From positions 52,700,001 to 52,764,000 of the forward strand of contig OZ249436.1 of assembly GCA_965235115.1 (NCBI GenBank): 64,000 nucleotides of DNA, read 5' to 3'. This stretch comes from Laetmonice hystrix (Eukaryota). Shown here piece after piece: positions 13,603-26,822 of this stretch; within the stretch, counting starts at the first letter, position 1; the number at the start of each line of letters is the position of its first letter. The position numbers and the translations under genes are program-made. The notes below the pieces were generated by a model. It was not told the DNA's origin. It did not search any database and worked only from the letters and a program-made list of their open reading frames with translations.

Positions 13603-16522
13603 GTTTCACACGACACTGTTGAGACCACCTTGGACGAACAACTCTCTTATTACTTTTCTAAGCTACGGCTAGATCTGTGCATGGTACGACTCCACTGATA
13701 TTGATGTACTCCATCTGGTGTGATCATGATCTTCCATTCGTTACATTGACACTTTATCTCTGATGGCAATTTTATGACGGTGAAAGATAACGAACCCTTT
13801 ACCTCCCACACCGGTGGCAGAGCTGAAGCTCAGTCGGCTGGGCTCGAGGGAGATTCTACCCGCCATGCACCCACTCTCCAGGCTGGCTGGCTAACCGCAA
13901 CCAATGCTAAAACACAACTGTCTCCAGCTTATCTGACATGATTCTTCTATTTGCGGGTCATTCAGGACCATTCAGTACGAACAATGCAGAATATCACAAG
14001 GCAAGTCATAAATTCCTTTATTGGGATGCAATCGTGATATTGCTGCCAGACGTAGTCATTATCTGGCGAGGGCTGAGTTTGCACTGTCTTGACCTGTCAC
14101 TTTAATACCGTCTCGAGTCGGAGCAATCCAACCAGACACCATAGAACCGGATATTATTTCTTGTGTCCGCCACTCCTGGTAGCGCAAAAAAACGAACAAT
14201 AAAACAATTTTGGTACGTTACAAAACATGGCTAAATGCCCGTACAATGTGCACTGCATGCCCGGACTGAAGTCGACGGCGCTAATGTCTCATCTAATACC
14301 TACCCCTTATTTTGGTACCCCCCCCCCCCGTCATATAATACATACCCCGGTCATTATTATTATCTATATAATGTACTCCCTAGGGTAGGTAACTAGATCA
14401 TAACCATCCCTCTCATATATAATTTGCACACACACCCATATTCCAGATAACATCGCTATACGTTGGGGCAAGGTTGGCCCATGCAACGTACGTAGATCCG
14501 CTGGCAGTAACAGTTGACGTTGGGCAGATGTATTTTTGCTCATTGTCATATGGTTGGTCCAACGTATATGTCTCTACCAACAGCCAATATTAGCCTATAC
14601 GTTGAGCTATTCCTCCGTGTAACCCAACGCCAATATTGTCGACTTAAAGGTCCAGAAAAAGAATATAAATACGAAATTGCTCCCCCCTACCAGTGCTTTA
14701 CCCATTATCTGTAACCTGGAGCTCAAAAAATCAACAATAATTAAAAAAATCAAAACACAAATGGCATCTCAACAAAACACTACGCCTCTTAGACAAGTTG
14801 TCAACAACGTCAGTCGACGGGGGAACCCCCTCCTGTGCGCGCGCATCATATGAGCAGGTCTGCTTCCGCTAAAGGTGCAGAACGCTTACGGTTGGCCATG
14901 ACTCCAAACTCAAAACACGAGCTGGGATTCTCCGGAAGTAGTAGTATGAATTATGGGAAATTGCTGACGTCATTACAACCGGCGCTCGGATTGTAAACTG
15001 TAATGTAAACTCTGGCATCTCTGTTTACGACAGAGTCCTATATCGGAGTCGTACTATTTCATGTTTCTTACATACGGGCCAGTACATGATCGTCATATTT
15101 ATGTTAGATCTAAGTGTGAAAGGTACGTTATATCTCTTCGTCATATATACTTCTTCCGGGCCTTTATAAAACACATGGACCAACATGTGCATGCTATCTG
15201 GGATAGCAGAAAGATAAAAAAATGAATGTATCGTGCATCGTACCTAAACAATGAATGTGTCGTTTTTCCCAAAACAAATTATCCCTCAATTAGGCCTATC
15301 AAATAGAAAGAAATATATAATTTCATATCAATTTCACGTTTGCGCCATTCTCAATGTTTTACAACTTTTCTATATAAACATTCATTTAGGTGTACATTGG
15401 ACATTTCATTATAATCTAGCTTGGGTTAATATAGTGGTTTTAAATATAGTTTCACGTATTCGCTCTCATTACACAATTGCACGAAAGTATGACTTTCTCA
15501 AAGACCTATGACATGAGCCACTAACAATGACAGAGTTTGGACGTTAATTATCCAAGTGCCCCCATATAATACCTATACCGTGATTAGATATTATGGGGGA
15601 GTAGGTATTACATGTGACACCGACAAAACACGAAGCGAAACTCGCTGTTGCATGTCATAGCGTATTAGGAATATTCATTTGATATTCTGTGGTGAGACCG
15701 TACTGGAAATGAAACTTTTAATGTCTTGTGAAACGTCTACATAAAGGCGACAGCGTATAGCTGGGGGCTTTGGGTGTTGGCCGCTACTCCTGCATCGCGT
15801 TTCCAAGGTGTTGGGACGCTATAATAGCCAGGGACGTTGGCAGGTGGTCATGTGCAGACAGAAACAACACAATTCTTGCAGTGCCCCCGAAATGCACCAG
15901 TCAGTACCTACACAGCGTATGTAATTGTCTTCAGACTTCAGGCTAGTCATTTCGAAAGCCGACACATCACAAGCGCGTGGTATAATAAGACCGCGCCGTA
16001 TCATATGAGACCCGAAAGTATTCCGCCGCCGAATTAGCCGAGAACTAATAGAGGTCAAGTAATTGACCAGCTAAGGCCGGAGACTATATATCCAAAATAG
16101 GAATCTCAGCAAACCATTATTGTATATAGGTTCATGTATGAAATATCGCTTTCAATATCTTGTATACTGTATCAGTATAATAGTCCAGATACTCCCCAAT
16201 GTCACCTTTGCAGTCCATATAGGCACATTTTCTGGCGCTATACATAAAACTGTGTCAGAGATACTTCTCATAACGCTTACATGCGAAAGATTACCCCAGC
16301 CATTTTCTGTTATTATTCTGTGCAGCATCCTTCCTTTGCAATATTACAAGAAAGTGGAACATATATTTTTAATAAACGGAAAGGATGTATTGGCGAAAAA
16401 TCAAAATAGTTTAAAAACTTCTTATATCATGGTGTAATCGCTAAAATAATTACTGCATTTTGAAAGTGGGGTAGTATTTCTAGTTTTACCTATAAATTCT
16501 AAATATTGTAACATATCCAACA

Positions 16523-16839
16523 TACTTCAGCTCGATCATGTCCAATAAATTTTAATGTTATTCGTATCGTATCTTATATATAGCCTGACGTACTTCGGCT
16601 CGTTCATGTACAATAAATTGTAATAAATGTTATTCGTATAGTCTTATCTTATATATAGCCTGACGTACTTCGGCTCGTTCATGTACAATAAATTGTAATA
16701 AATGTTATTCGTATCGTATCTTATACATGTATATAGCCTGGCCTACTTCAGCTCGTTCATGTACAATAAATTGTAATAAATGTTATTCGTTTCTTATCTT
16801 CTGTATAGCCTGATATACTTCAGATCGCTCATGTCCAAA
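16523..16839. repeat. AT-rich tandem repeat, 68-78 bp units, about 4.3 copies
   Basis: Unit starts TACTTCRGCTCG at 16523, 16591, 16666, 16744, 16817. Confidence 0.9.
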
Positions 16840-18811
16840 AGATTGCAGGTACTTATGCGGTCAGTATGCTAAAAGTATTTGTCCATGTTTACGATTATTT
16901 TAATGGCATTCATTATGAAGTTGGCCAACGCCTTTTGTAAAATACATTATTCTGTGCAGTTTTTTTAAAGGTTAGGCTCCAATTATCTGAATGTAATGGC
17001 GCCGCGTATCGCAAAAAAAATCCCCAGGCCAGTCCGCTCTCGATGTTTATCTTCCACAAATTATAACAACTTGGACCGTCGATGTAATAAAAGCGTTATT
17101 CTGAAATCAAATTTCGTTTAAAATTCAAGTAATGACACTCTGACTCTCCTCCAGGTTTACAACAAACGGAGGTACTGTAGGAACCTGTGTTGTCGTGGAT
17201 TAAATTGATTGATTTGGCCGTGACGTTCGTCCTCTTTCCCGACAATCAGATGGAGAAATAAACTGTCAAATGTTGACAGTAATAAATGGGCATTAATTTT
17301 ATTATTGAATCAGCTTTTTTCTTCTCAAGGGATACGAGGACTTGGTCCGAGGACACGTCAATTCGATTTTCAAATGTTTCACCGGAACACTTTTGTCTTT
17401 TAGAATATGCTAAACTTCAGATGTATTCGATGTATAGAAAGGCAGTGTATAGGGTAAGGTCAGGTAATATGGACATAGTAGGTAATATGGGCACCCCGCA
17501 TATTTCCTAATTTATGCCAAATTGGTGCGGTCAAAGATTATTGAGGTGGGTGGGGTGGCATGTTTTTTTGTCCATTTTCTTACGATTTTTTCATCAATAT
17601 AATTCTAGAATCTGAAGAAATTGGAGTATGGTGGTCGTTTAAATTTTGAGACGTTGAAAATCTTCCGAAGAAAAAGCAGGGATGACGATAATAGGAGATT
17701 ATAGATGGCGTAATTTATGCTGAAATCTAATATGAGCACGATGCTCATAATCCCCTTACTGACTATAGGACCTACAGCCTGTAGGCGTACACCCTCGCGA
17801 CCCCATCGTTTATTAATAAACGTTTGTTGGTGTAAACATGTTGTGTAGGCCTAATTAATTGCTTTCTCATATAGATGCCTGAGGCAATAATCTAGCTAAG
17901 GCAATAAACCCCAACCAAGTGGGGGACCCCCCCCCCCCCCTTGTGGCAAGAAAGGAAGGAAGATTATGAAGTCCGGGCAGAGAAAACAAAATACGAAGAT
18001 TGAAGAAAAATATCCATTTTGTGGAAAATAGTTTCGCAACAACGAAGACAGAGTTTTGGATACGACGTCAAAAATACCACGTATGGATGCACGGTGAATG
18101 TGCCTGAGTCGGAAAAGATCAATTTTCCTTTGAATGTGACTCAATACACTCTTTGGCAATAGTACTGAAGTGAAAACAAATTGTGATTCCTTCATAGGCC
18201 TAATGTTTGACATTATTAAAGTGTAGTATGCATCATAATACATTAAAGCGGAGGTAAAATATGTATACAACAGAATAGTATGCCCCATTACCTGTGCTGC
18301 TGCAGATAAGACTCTCGACTATAGATATGCGCACCCAGAGGACGGCCTTTAACTTGGAAAGTTGAAACTCTCAAGGTATCATGTTTGATCTGGCCAGGGA
18401 CTTTCCATTCTGTTGCTTCACCGCACATTGGAGCGAAGCAGAATGTGACAAGCAAAAAGCCGAGATGTTGCTGACTTCACCAAAAGTGTTCTGCATGAAA
18501 GTATAATATAGGGCCCGTCTTATTCCTGCGCACAACGATTATAGAATTGTTTCTAAATAATTCTAAATAATGTAATTGGGAAAATTACGGTCTGGTATTA
18601 AAGGTGTGCTCTACACTACAATTACATAGCCATATGGTCATCAGAAGTCGACAGTGTTCTTCGATCGCCCCTCCCCAACTTCTTTCACCATTTTCCTCGC
18701 CATCAGGTAGACTATCGATCCCGGGTTTCTCCTAACATGAGATTAACACTATAATCCCACCAGATAGCGCTGCGATTTTTGCAAGACTGGTGTAGTTTAG
18801 TTGAATGTGAA

Positions 18812-18970
18812 TCCCCGAGGGGGCGCTGTAATCTTAGAGTGACTAGAGTGCCTCTGAGGTCAACGTGCAGTAGACCATTGTTTCCCGCCAGGAGGTAAAT
18901 CCCCAAGGGGGCGCTGTGATTCGCCCTGCACTCACAGTGTAATGACCATTGAGTCCCGCCAGAGAGCGCT
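18812..18970 (+). promoter_or_regulatory. Cluster of same-orientation CTCF-like motifs inside an ~88-bp duplication
   Basis: CCCCGAGGGGGCGCTG (18813), CCCCAAGGGGGCGCTG (18901), CCGCCAGAGAGCGCTC (about 18955). Confidence 0.35.
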
Positions 18971-19269
18971 CAGGTAGTTCAATGGTTCGACCGGAGTCCG
19001 TATACGCAGTCTGCTGGCAGTCTGCCAGTTTAAGCTAGTCGAAATTGTCCTGTACAAGGGCTCAGGGCTGAGCCCTCCTCAATATAGCATTTTCTGGGAG
19101 CCAGGGGTCAGCTCAAAAATAATATCCAGCAGACTTATCATACACCATACAGCGTACACTGCTGGCTTAATTCTTTTGGGATTCCTTCCTCTCCGAAGCC
19201 GAAACATATCAAAATGGCAAACCTACCGCCAGTATTATCTGGAGGGAATAAGTAGGCCTCTTATAGTTG

Positions 19270-19334
19270 TCTTCTTCTTCTTCTTCTTCTTCTTCTTCTT
19301 CTTCTTCTTCTTTTCTTGTTCTTCTTCTTCTTCC
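19270..19334. repeat. (CTT)n microsatellite
   Basis: Read directly. Confidence 0.95.
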
Positions 19335-19413
19335 TGTTCTTAATACTCTTCTCGACTATAATTCACTTATTTTAACCTAGTTTCGCCGTGAACTTAGTTG
19401 CCGACAGTGACTA

Positions 19414-19574
19414 AAACCAGGATCCACAATACGCAATACGTAATGCGTATTCATCAAAATCAATGAAAGCAAGTTGGAACGATTCCGTGTCTGCGTATAG
19501 TGCGTAATGCGTGTTTTCATTGTTTTGATTACGCAATACACAATTATGCACTATGGACACATGGAATCCTAGCT
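19414..19574. mobile_element. Short MITE, diverged copy; same family as 39204-39363 in opposite orientation
   Basis: Shared core CGTAATCAAAACAATGAAAACACGCATTACGC (both translate CVLRNQNNENTHYAL in the ORF track); degenerate CCAGGA..TCCTAG termini. Confidence 0.75.
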
Positions 19575-19662
19575 GAACCCCACCGATACGCAATCAATGA
19601 TGAAGTGAGGGTGATGGTGGCGGCCTCTATAGTCGACCCAGTACGGAAGCCATTACAGTTTT

Positions 19663-19680
19663 AACCGCCAGATGGCTCTG
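19663..19680 (+). promoter_or_regulatory. CTCF-like motif (AACCGCCAGATGGCTCTG)
   Basis: Motif match only. Confidence 0.3.
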
Positions 19681-19690
19681 GCGATTAGCG

Positions 19691-20223
19691 GAGCCCTCAC
19701 TGTACTGTTTGTTCCAGCCGAAGGGCAGTCAATACATGTGGTGAGCGCTCACTGTAGTGTTTGCTAGAGTATAAGGCCAGTCAGGACATGTGGTGAGCCC
19801 TCACTGTAGTGTTTGCTAGAGTATAAGGCCAGTCAGGACATGTGGTGAGCCCTCACTGTAGTGTTTGCTAGAGTATAAGGCCAGTCAGGACATGTGGTGA
19901 ACCCTCACTGTAGTGTTTGCTCGAGTATAAAGCCAGTCGATACATGTAGGTAGCCCTCACTGTAGTGTTTGCTGAAGTCTGAGGCCAGTCAATAAATGTA
20001 GGGAGCCCTCATTGTAGTGCTTGCTCCTGTCTAAGGCTAGCCAATACATGTAGAGAGCCCTCACTGTAGTGTTTGCTCCAGTCTAAGGCTAGCCAATACA
20101 TGTAGAGAGCCTCACTGTAGTTGTTCCAGGCTGAGGCCAGTCAATACATGTAGAGTGCCCTCAGAGTAGTGTTTGCTCGAGTATGACGCCACTCAATACA
20201 TGTAGGGGGCCCTCACTGTAGTT
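19691..20223. repeat. 52-bp minisatellite (AGCCCTCACTGTAGTGTTTGCTAGAGTATAAGGCCAGTCAGGACATGTGGTG), about 10 copies
   Basis: Copies 2-4 near identical, right-hand copies diverged. Confidence 0.95.
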
Positions 20224-21223
20224 TTTGTGCACCTGTCACATTTGCGAGCTCCACATAAATGTTATACGAATATTTTGTCAAGAATAATGGTCTTTGAATT
20301 CATCCTGATTGGTCAATGCATTCATAAATAGGGCGCGCCGCCTGTTAGTTTCCGTGTTAGTCGCTAGAGGCGCGAGTGTAGTAGTCGCCCCTCCACACAA
20401 GGTGGCCACGGTCAGCGATGGCAGATCGCACAATGGAAATATACCAAGGGCAACACCTGCCCCCCCCCCCCTTATTCTACTCATAAGTCTGTAGTAATAG
20501 TTACACAATGTTTGCTCAGTCGGCTCTACTTTGACAGATGGACAGATCATGTCTCGGCCGTAATCGTCAGGTCGCCATTTTTGAAAGTAGTCACACAAAC
20601 AAAACAAACCTAAGTGGTTTCCACAGCTGCCATCTTGGCCTTTGTCGCTATAAAAAAATTCTAGTGGATGTTTACGGAAGGAATCTGCCGACGGTGACCA
20701 GAGTTATGTGAAATAACGTCCTCCTTCGTATCTCGCCTAGACTGCCTCACCAGTTTCCGAGCGCTTAGCGCTAGCATTAGCAGCACTGGGCGTGGCCCGT
20801 GTCGGCTGTGACTGAGTCAGTGAGTGCTGTGTTGAGTGTGGCCGACGATAAGCCCTTTCTGAGTTGAGCATGTTTCTCTCTGTTTTGGTTTTAATTTTGG
20901 TTTCCCTTGGTTATCGGCCAGTTTTCAAGTGCATAATGCAAACACCCCTCAACGGCTGTAGGGACTGCTTGGTCAGCGCGCATTGTGCCCCCCGCCGCCT
21001 TACTCAGTATTCATTCGCGCCGCATCACAAACTCCCACAAATCTGTCCATTACGCCCGATGTGAAAATCCGAACCCAGCTGGCGGACTTTCCCGAGGGTT
21101 CCTGAATGAATGTTTGCCACCCCACCCCACTTCCTCAAAAAGAGTGCGGAAGAATTCTTTTATCTTTTTCCTCACCAAGGTGGAGATTCTTCCGCCCAGT
21201 ATCTGACATCTATGATCTGACGT

Positions 21224-23154
21224 CATGTGTAATCACAGGTGTACCAACCATCATGGGTGAATCACAGGTGTACCAACCATCATGTGTGAATCACAGGTGT
21301 ACCAACCATCATGGGCGAATCACAGGTGTACCAACCATCATGGGTGAATCACAGGTGTACCAACCATCATGGGTGAATCACAGGTGTACCAACCATCATG
21401 TGTAATCACAGGTGTACCAACCATCATGTGTAATCACAGGTGTACCAACCATCATGTGTAATCACAGGTGTACCAACCATCATGTGTAATCACAGGTGTA
21501 CCAACCATCATGTGTAATCACAGGTGTATCAACCATCATGTGTAATCACAGGTGTACCAACCATCATGTGTAATCGCAGGTGTACCAACCATCATGTGTA
21601 ATCACAGGTGTACCAACCATCATGTGTAATCGCAGGTGTACCAACCATCATGTGTAATCACAGGTGTACCAACCATCATGGGTGAATCACAGGTGTACCA
21701 ACCATCATGTGTAATCACAGGTGTACCAACCATCATGGGTGAATCACAGGTGTACCAACCATCATGTGTAATCACAGGTGTACCAACCATCATGGGTGAA
21801 TCACAGGTGTACCAACCATCATGTGTAATCACAGGTGTACCAACCATCATGTGTAATGGCAGGTGTACCAACCATCATGTGTAATCACAGGTGTACCAAC
21901 CATCATGTGTAATGGCAGGTGTACCAACCATCATGTGTAATCGCAGGTGTACCAACCATCATGTGTAATCACAGGTGTACCAACCATCATGTGTAATCAC
22001 AGGTGTACCAACCATCATGTGTAATCACAGGTGTACCAACCATCATGTGTAATCACAGGTGTACCAACCATCATGTGTAATCACAGGTGTACCAACCATC
22101 ATGTGTAATCACAGGTGTACCAACCATCATGTGTAATCACAGGTGTACCAACCATCATGGGTAATCACAGGTGTACCAACCATCATGGGTGAATCACAGG
22201 TGTACCAACCATCATGTGTAATCACAGGTGTACCAACCATCATGGGTGAATCACAGGTGTACCAACCATCATGTGTAATCACAGGTGTACCAACCATCAT
22301 GTGTAATCACAGGTGTACCAACCATCATGTGTAATCGCAGGTGTACCAACCATCATGGGTGAATCACAGGTGTACCAACCATCATGTGTAATCACAGGTG
22401 TACCAACCATCATGTGTAATGGCAGGTGTACCAACCATCATGTGTAATCACAGGTGTACCAACCATCATGTGTAATGGCAGGTGTACCAACCATCATGTG
22501 TAATCACAGGTGTACCAACCATCATGTGTAATCACAGGTGTACCAACCATCATGTGTAATCACAGGTGTACCAACCATCATGTGTAATCACAGGTGTACC
22601 AACCATCATGTGTAATCACAGGTGTACCAACCATCATGTGTAATCACAGGTGTACCAACCATCATGTGTAATCACAGGTGTACCAACCATCATGTGTAAT
22701 CACAGGTGTACCAACCATCATGTGTAATCACAGGTGTACCAACCATCATGTGTAATCACAGGTGTACCAACCATCATGTGTAATCACAGGTGTACCAACC
22801 ATCATGTGTAATCACAGGTGTACCAACCATCATGTGTAATCACAGGTGTACCAACCATCATGTGTAATCACAGGTGTACCAACCATCATGTGTAATCACA
22901 GGTGTACCAACCATCATGTGTAATCACAGGTGTACCAACCATCATGTGTAATCACAGGTGTACCAACCATCATGTGTAATCACAGGTGTACCAACCATCA
23001 TGTGTAATCACAGGTGTACCAACCATCATGTGTAATGGCAGGTGTATGCTCACCAACCATCATGGGTGAATCACAGGTGTACCAACCATCATGTGTAATC
23101 ACAGGTGTACCAACCATCATGGGTGAATCACAGGTGTACCAACCATCATGGGTG
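21224..23154. repeat. 28/29-bp minisatellite (TGTGTAATCACAGGTGTACCAACCATCA; variant TGGGTGAATC...), roughly 68 copies
   Basis: Read directly; 28+29 alternation gives the 19-aa periodic pseudo-ORFs. Confidence 0.97.
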
Positions 23155-23253
23155 GATATCTACTCCGGGTGAGAGCAGTTTGTCGGAGATGACGTCTATT
23201 TCCGGCCAATAAACATCGAGCCTCGGTGAGGGGGCATTTCGACTCTCACAGGA

Positions 23254-23366
23254 CAAGGGTGGTTTCCGGGTTGCCTGCAACCCCCCCCCCCCCCAACCAC
23301 CCAAAATTAATAGTTAGGGACCCCCCCCCCCCCCTAATTAGCTCAGTAACTATGCCTACACCCCCG
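23254..23366. mobile_element. MITE with 5-bp TSD (CAGGA); same family as 11358-11543, inverted and internally deleted
   Basis: Shares GTTTCCGGGTTGCCTGCAACCCCC with the reverse complement of 11500-11525; ends CAAGGGTG / CCTACACCCCCG; CAGGA at 23249-23253 and 23367-23371. Confidence 0.75.
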
Positions 23367-24409
23367 CAGGAGGTAATTATCCTGGAAGTGTGTGACACCT
23401 TGACGTCAACATCTCGAGGTCCATTCCCCCACGGTTTGAAAGCTACGTTACGTTACAGTGGGTGTTTACAAACCTACGGGTTTATCGTTTGGATTAAACC
23501 TTTTTCAACAACAACGTAGGCGGGTACTCAATGAAGATAACGGCACGTCAACTGTACACCGACGTGTGCCTTGGACGGTTTGAGATGTTGTTTTACTACT
23601 GTGGCCTATGCTATAGTGAATCGTACTTGCACCAGCTAATGAGGTACACATCTTGGTATTCTTTTACTCCAGAAGGGAGATGAAATATCGCCAGAATTAG
23701 GCCTTATCAGTCTATATAGTAGGGTTACATTATTTATGACCGTTTATTCTGGCCGTTTAATGACGTTTAAATAGGCACATACTACCTAAGATAAGCATTC
23801 ACCTTCTTAAAACTTCCCTTGCCTATATCAGTCACCAAAATAGTGAAGACTTTTGAAAATTTAAATAATATTGAAATACGGTCAGACCTTTATAATACGT
23901 GATTAGTTAATCTGTAGAGGCCGAACCTCACCGAACACCTGCCACCCCCTCCCATCCCCACCGGCCACGTCTTATCAATATCTGCGCAATCCGAAGGCAT
24001 GGGAGATACGTAGTACTGATAAATGACGTAGTCTACTGATTGTATTGCTTACGTATATATACCTCATGACAATGCATGTAGGCCATATTCTTTCATAACG
24101 GTGTGCGGCGCTTTTATAAACACTTAGAGCGGGTCGACTTACATATTATCGCCCACTCTTTACTAAAACAGAAGTAATTCCGCGCAGACTCGTCGCTTAT
24201 TGTGCCGAGAAGATAATCACGAACCACCAAGAATTTCATAAGAGGGTGATATAGATTTTTGTACTTTCCAGGTTTCTATGTCATCGCTGTAGGCCTATGA
24301 GAGTCCGCCATTGTTGACATCATCTTGGTCGATGGTCAGGGTCAAGGCCGTTTTATTAAATTGGTCAATCGTTGTTGGCTGTAGATTTATCTAGAAGGGA
24401 CATGTCATG

Positions 24410-24451
24410 GTGTACGCCCAACGGTTGGGCGCACTCCGTTTTAAATACTAG
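24410..24451 (+). mobile_element. Probable Helitron/Helentron 3' terminus
   Basis: GC-rich hairpin CGCCCAACGGTTGGGCG (24415-24431), short spacer, then CTAG followed by T; 5' end not located. Confidence 0.5.
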
Positions 24452-24700
24452 TTTTCCTGGCACACCTCACGCAATACGCGAGTAAGAAAGCACAATCATC
24501 CATGTATTTACTAATCTAAAGATGTAGACCTATCTATTTATTGTTTGTTTGTTCGAAAGTTCAATTAGTTTCTAAACATACCACACGCTGACTTTAATTG
24601 AAGCAAAACGCAAGTCGATCATTGTTATCTGAACGCGAGTCTCGTGCAGTTGGCATCGCAGTTGGCATCGCGTCCACCAAATGTCACGTTCATTGAACTT

Positions 24701-25089
24701 GGATATTTTAGTAATTGGTGTTGACATCCGGGATATTTTAGTTTAAGGTAATTGGTGTTGAAATCCTGGATATTTTAGTTTAAGGTAATTGGTGTTGACA
24801 TCCTGGATATTTTAGTTTATGGTAATTGGTGTTGAAATCCTGGATATTTTAGTTTAAGGTAATTGGTGTTGAAATCCTGGATATTTTAGTTTAAGGTAAT
24901 TGGTGTTGACATCCTGGATATTTTAGTTTAAGGTAATTGGTGTTGAAATCTTGGACATTTTAGTTTAAGGTAATTGGTGTTGACATCCTGGATATTTTAG
25001 TTTAAGGTAATTGGTGTTGACATCCTGGATATTTTAGTTTAAGGTAATTGGTGGTGACATCCTGGATATTTTAGTTTAAGGTAATTGGT
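24701..25089. repeat. 37-bp minisatellite (AATTGGTGTTGACATCCTGGATATTTTAGTTTAAGGT), about 10 copies
   Basis: Read directly. Confidence 0.95.
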
Positions 25090-25881
25090 TGGAGTGATAA
25101 TTATTTTAAACTTGTTTGCCAAGACATTTTCTTGTGCGGCTGGTTCCATGCCATGACCGCTCAGCTTTTGTTTAACATTAAACCAGAATGGGCAGACGCA
25201 ACCTGCCAACATTTCCACAATCCTTTAAGGATTTCCTTGTTAAATGCCGAAAATATGATCAGTTTATTTCGTCGTTTCCATGCTGCGATAACTGGGCAAG
25301 CAAGGAAAAACAATGGATTCTTTACTTAATGGTGTATGGTGTCCGTACAGTTGAGCGTTGAGCTAGAAAATTGTATAGTACGGTGGCCGGTTAGTGCCAA
25401 CGACGATTACAAAAGAGGAAACACGTTTACAAATTAAAAACGACGAATGCAAAAGAGAAAACACGTTTACAAATTAAAAACGACGAATGCAAAAGAGAAA
25501 ACACAAACGCAAAAGTTAGAACGGCGATTACAAAACAGAAACCACGACCACAAATTCAAAAACGCAAAAACAAAAGAGAAAACACAAACGCAAACGCCAA
25601 AACGGCAATTACAAAACAAAAACCGCGAAAACAAATTCAAACACGCAAATGCAAGAGAGAGATCACAAACGCGAACAACAAGTTGGCATGTAGCACGCTT
25701 ACAAGAATGGTATCCATGTTCGGGGCCCAGGGACGACCAGGGCGAGTCTAAGTGGACAGGGGTGTTTGCACTCTGACTAGTTCTGGCGATACTGAGACGC
25801 TGCGGTAGGAGATTGGCATAAGGGAGCCAAAGTCTCGGACATGCGCAACTCGTTCCAATTCCTACTAGGGCGGAAACTGTC

Positions 25882-26708
25882 CACGGGTGTGACTAATTAC
25901 CGGAATATACCGAAATCTACCGGAATCTACCGAAATCCAGAAACCCCATGACTAATTACCGAAATCGACCCCCAAAATTACCGAAATCGACCTCTAGTTG
26001 TGTTTGAGAGCCCACAAACTTACCGAAATTGACCTCTAGAACTTTGTGTTTGGGAGCCCCCAAACTTACCGAAATCGACCTCTAATAGTATTGGGAAGCC
26101 CCGAGACTTACAAGATCGACCTCTGTAATTGGGTTTAGGAGCCCCTAAAATTACCGAAATCGACCTCTATAGTTGTGTTTGGGAGCCCCAAACTTACCGA
26201 AATGGACCTCTAGTTGTGTTTGAGAGCCCCCAAACTTACCGAAATCGACCTCTAGTTGTGTTTGGGAGCCCCCAAACTTACTGAAATCGACCTCTAATTG
26301 GGTTTATAGGAGCCCCCCAAATTACCGAAATCGACCTCTAGTGTTGTTTGGGAGCCCCCAAACTTACCGAAATCGACCTCTAGTTGTGTTTGGGAGCCCC
26401 CAGATTTCGGTAAGTTTGGGGGCTCCCAAACCCAATTAGAGGTCGATTTCGGTAAGTTTGGGGGCTCCCAAACCCAATTAGAGTGGGTCGATTTCCGTAA
26501 GTTTGACTCCCAAACACAACTAGAGGTCGATTTCGGAAGTTTGGGGGGTCCCAAACACAACTAGAGGTCCATTTCGGGAAGTTTGGGGGCTCCCAAACAC
26601 AACTAGAGGTCCATTTCGGTAAGTTTGGGGGTCGACTTCGGTAATTAGTCATGGGGTTTCTGAATTCCGGTAGATTCCGGTAGATTTCGGTAATTAGTCA
26701 CACCGGTG
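25882..26708. mobile_element. Foldback-type element: long inverted arms built of ~41-bp tandem units, CAC...GTG ends
   Basis: Both arms start CAC(G/C)GGTGTGACTAATTACCG..; unit AAACTTACCGAAATCGACCTCTAGTTGTGTTTGGGAGCCCC flips orientation near 26400; no TSD. Confidence 0.85.
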
Positions 26709-26729
26709 CGGGGGTCGGTGCCCCCGGCC

Positions 26730-26822
26730 GGTGCCCCCGCCCCGCCCCGACAACGCCCCCCCCCCCCCCGACAATGACCCCCCCCCCCTAAATCCGCGCC
26801 TGGCCCGTTGGATCCGCCACTG
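26730..26822. mobile_element. Two stacked orphan right termini of CA-GG MITEs
   Basis: TAAATCCGCGCCTG ending 26802 and TGGATCCGCCACTG ending 26822; matching left ends not found upstream. Confidence 0.6.

Noticed and set aside
21224-23154. CRISPR-like regular repeats (also 1-345, 24701-25089, 47724-49069, 53921-55285)
   Set aside because: Units are head-to-tail with no unique spacers, there are no cas genes, and the context is eukaryotic
25882-26708. CAC..GTG termini as RAG/Transib RSS-like signals
   Set aside because: No CACAGTG heptamer with spaced nonamer, no 5-bp TSD and no transposase
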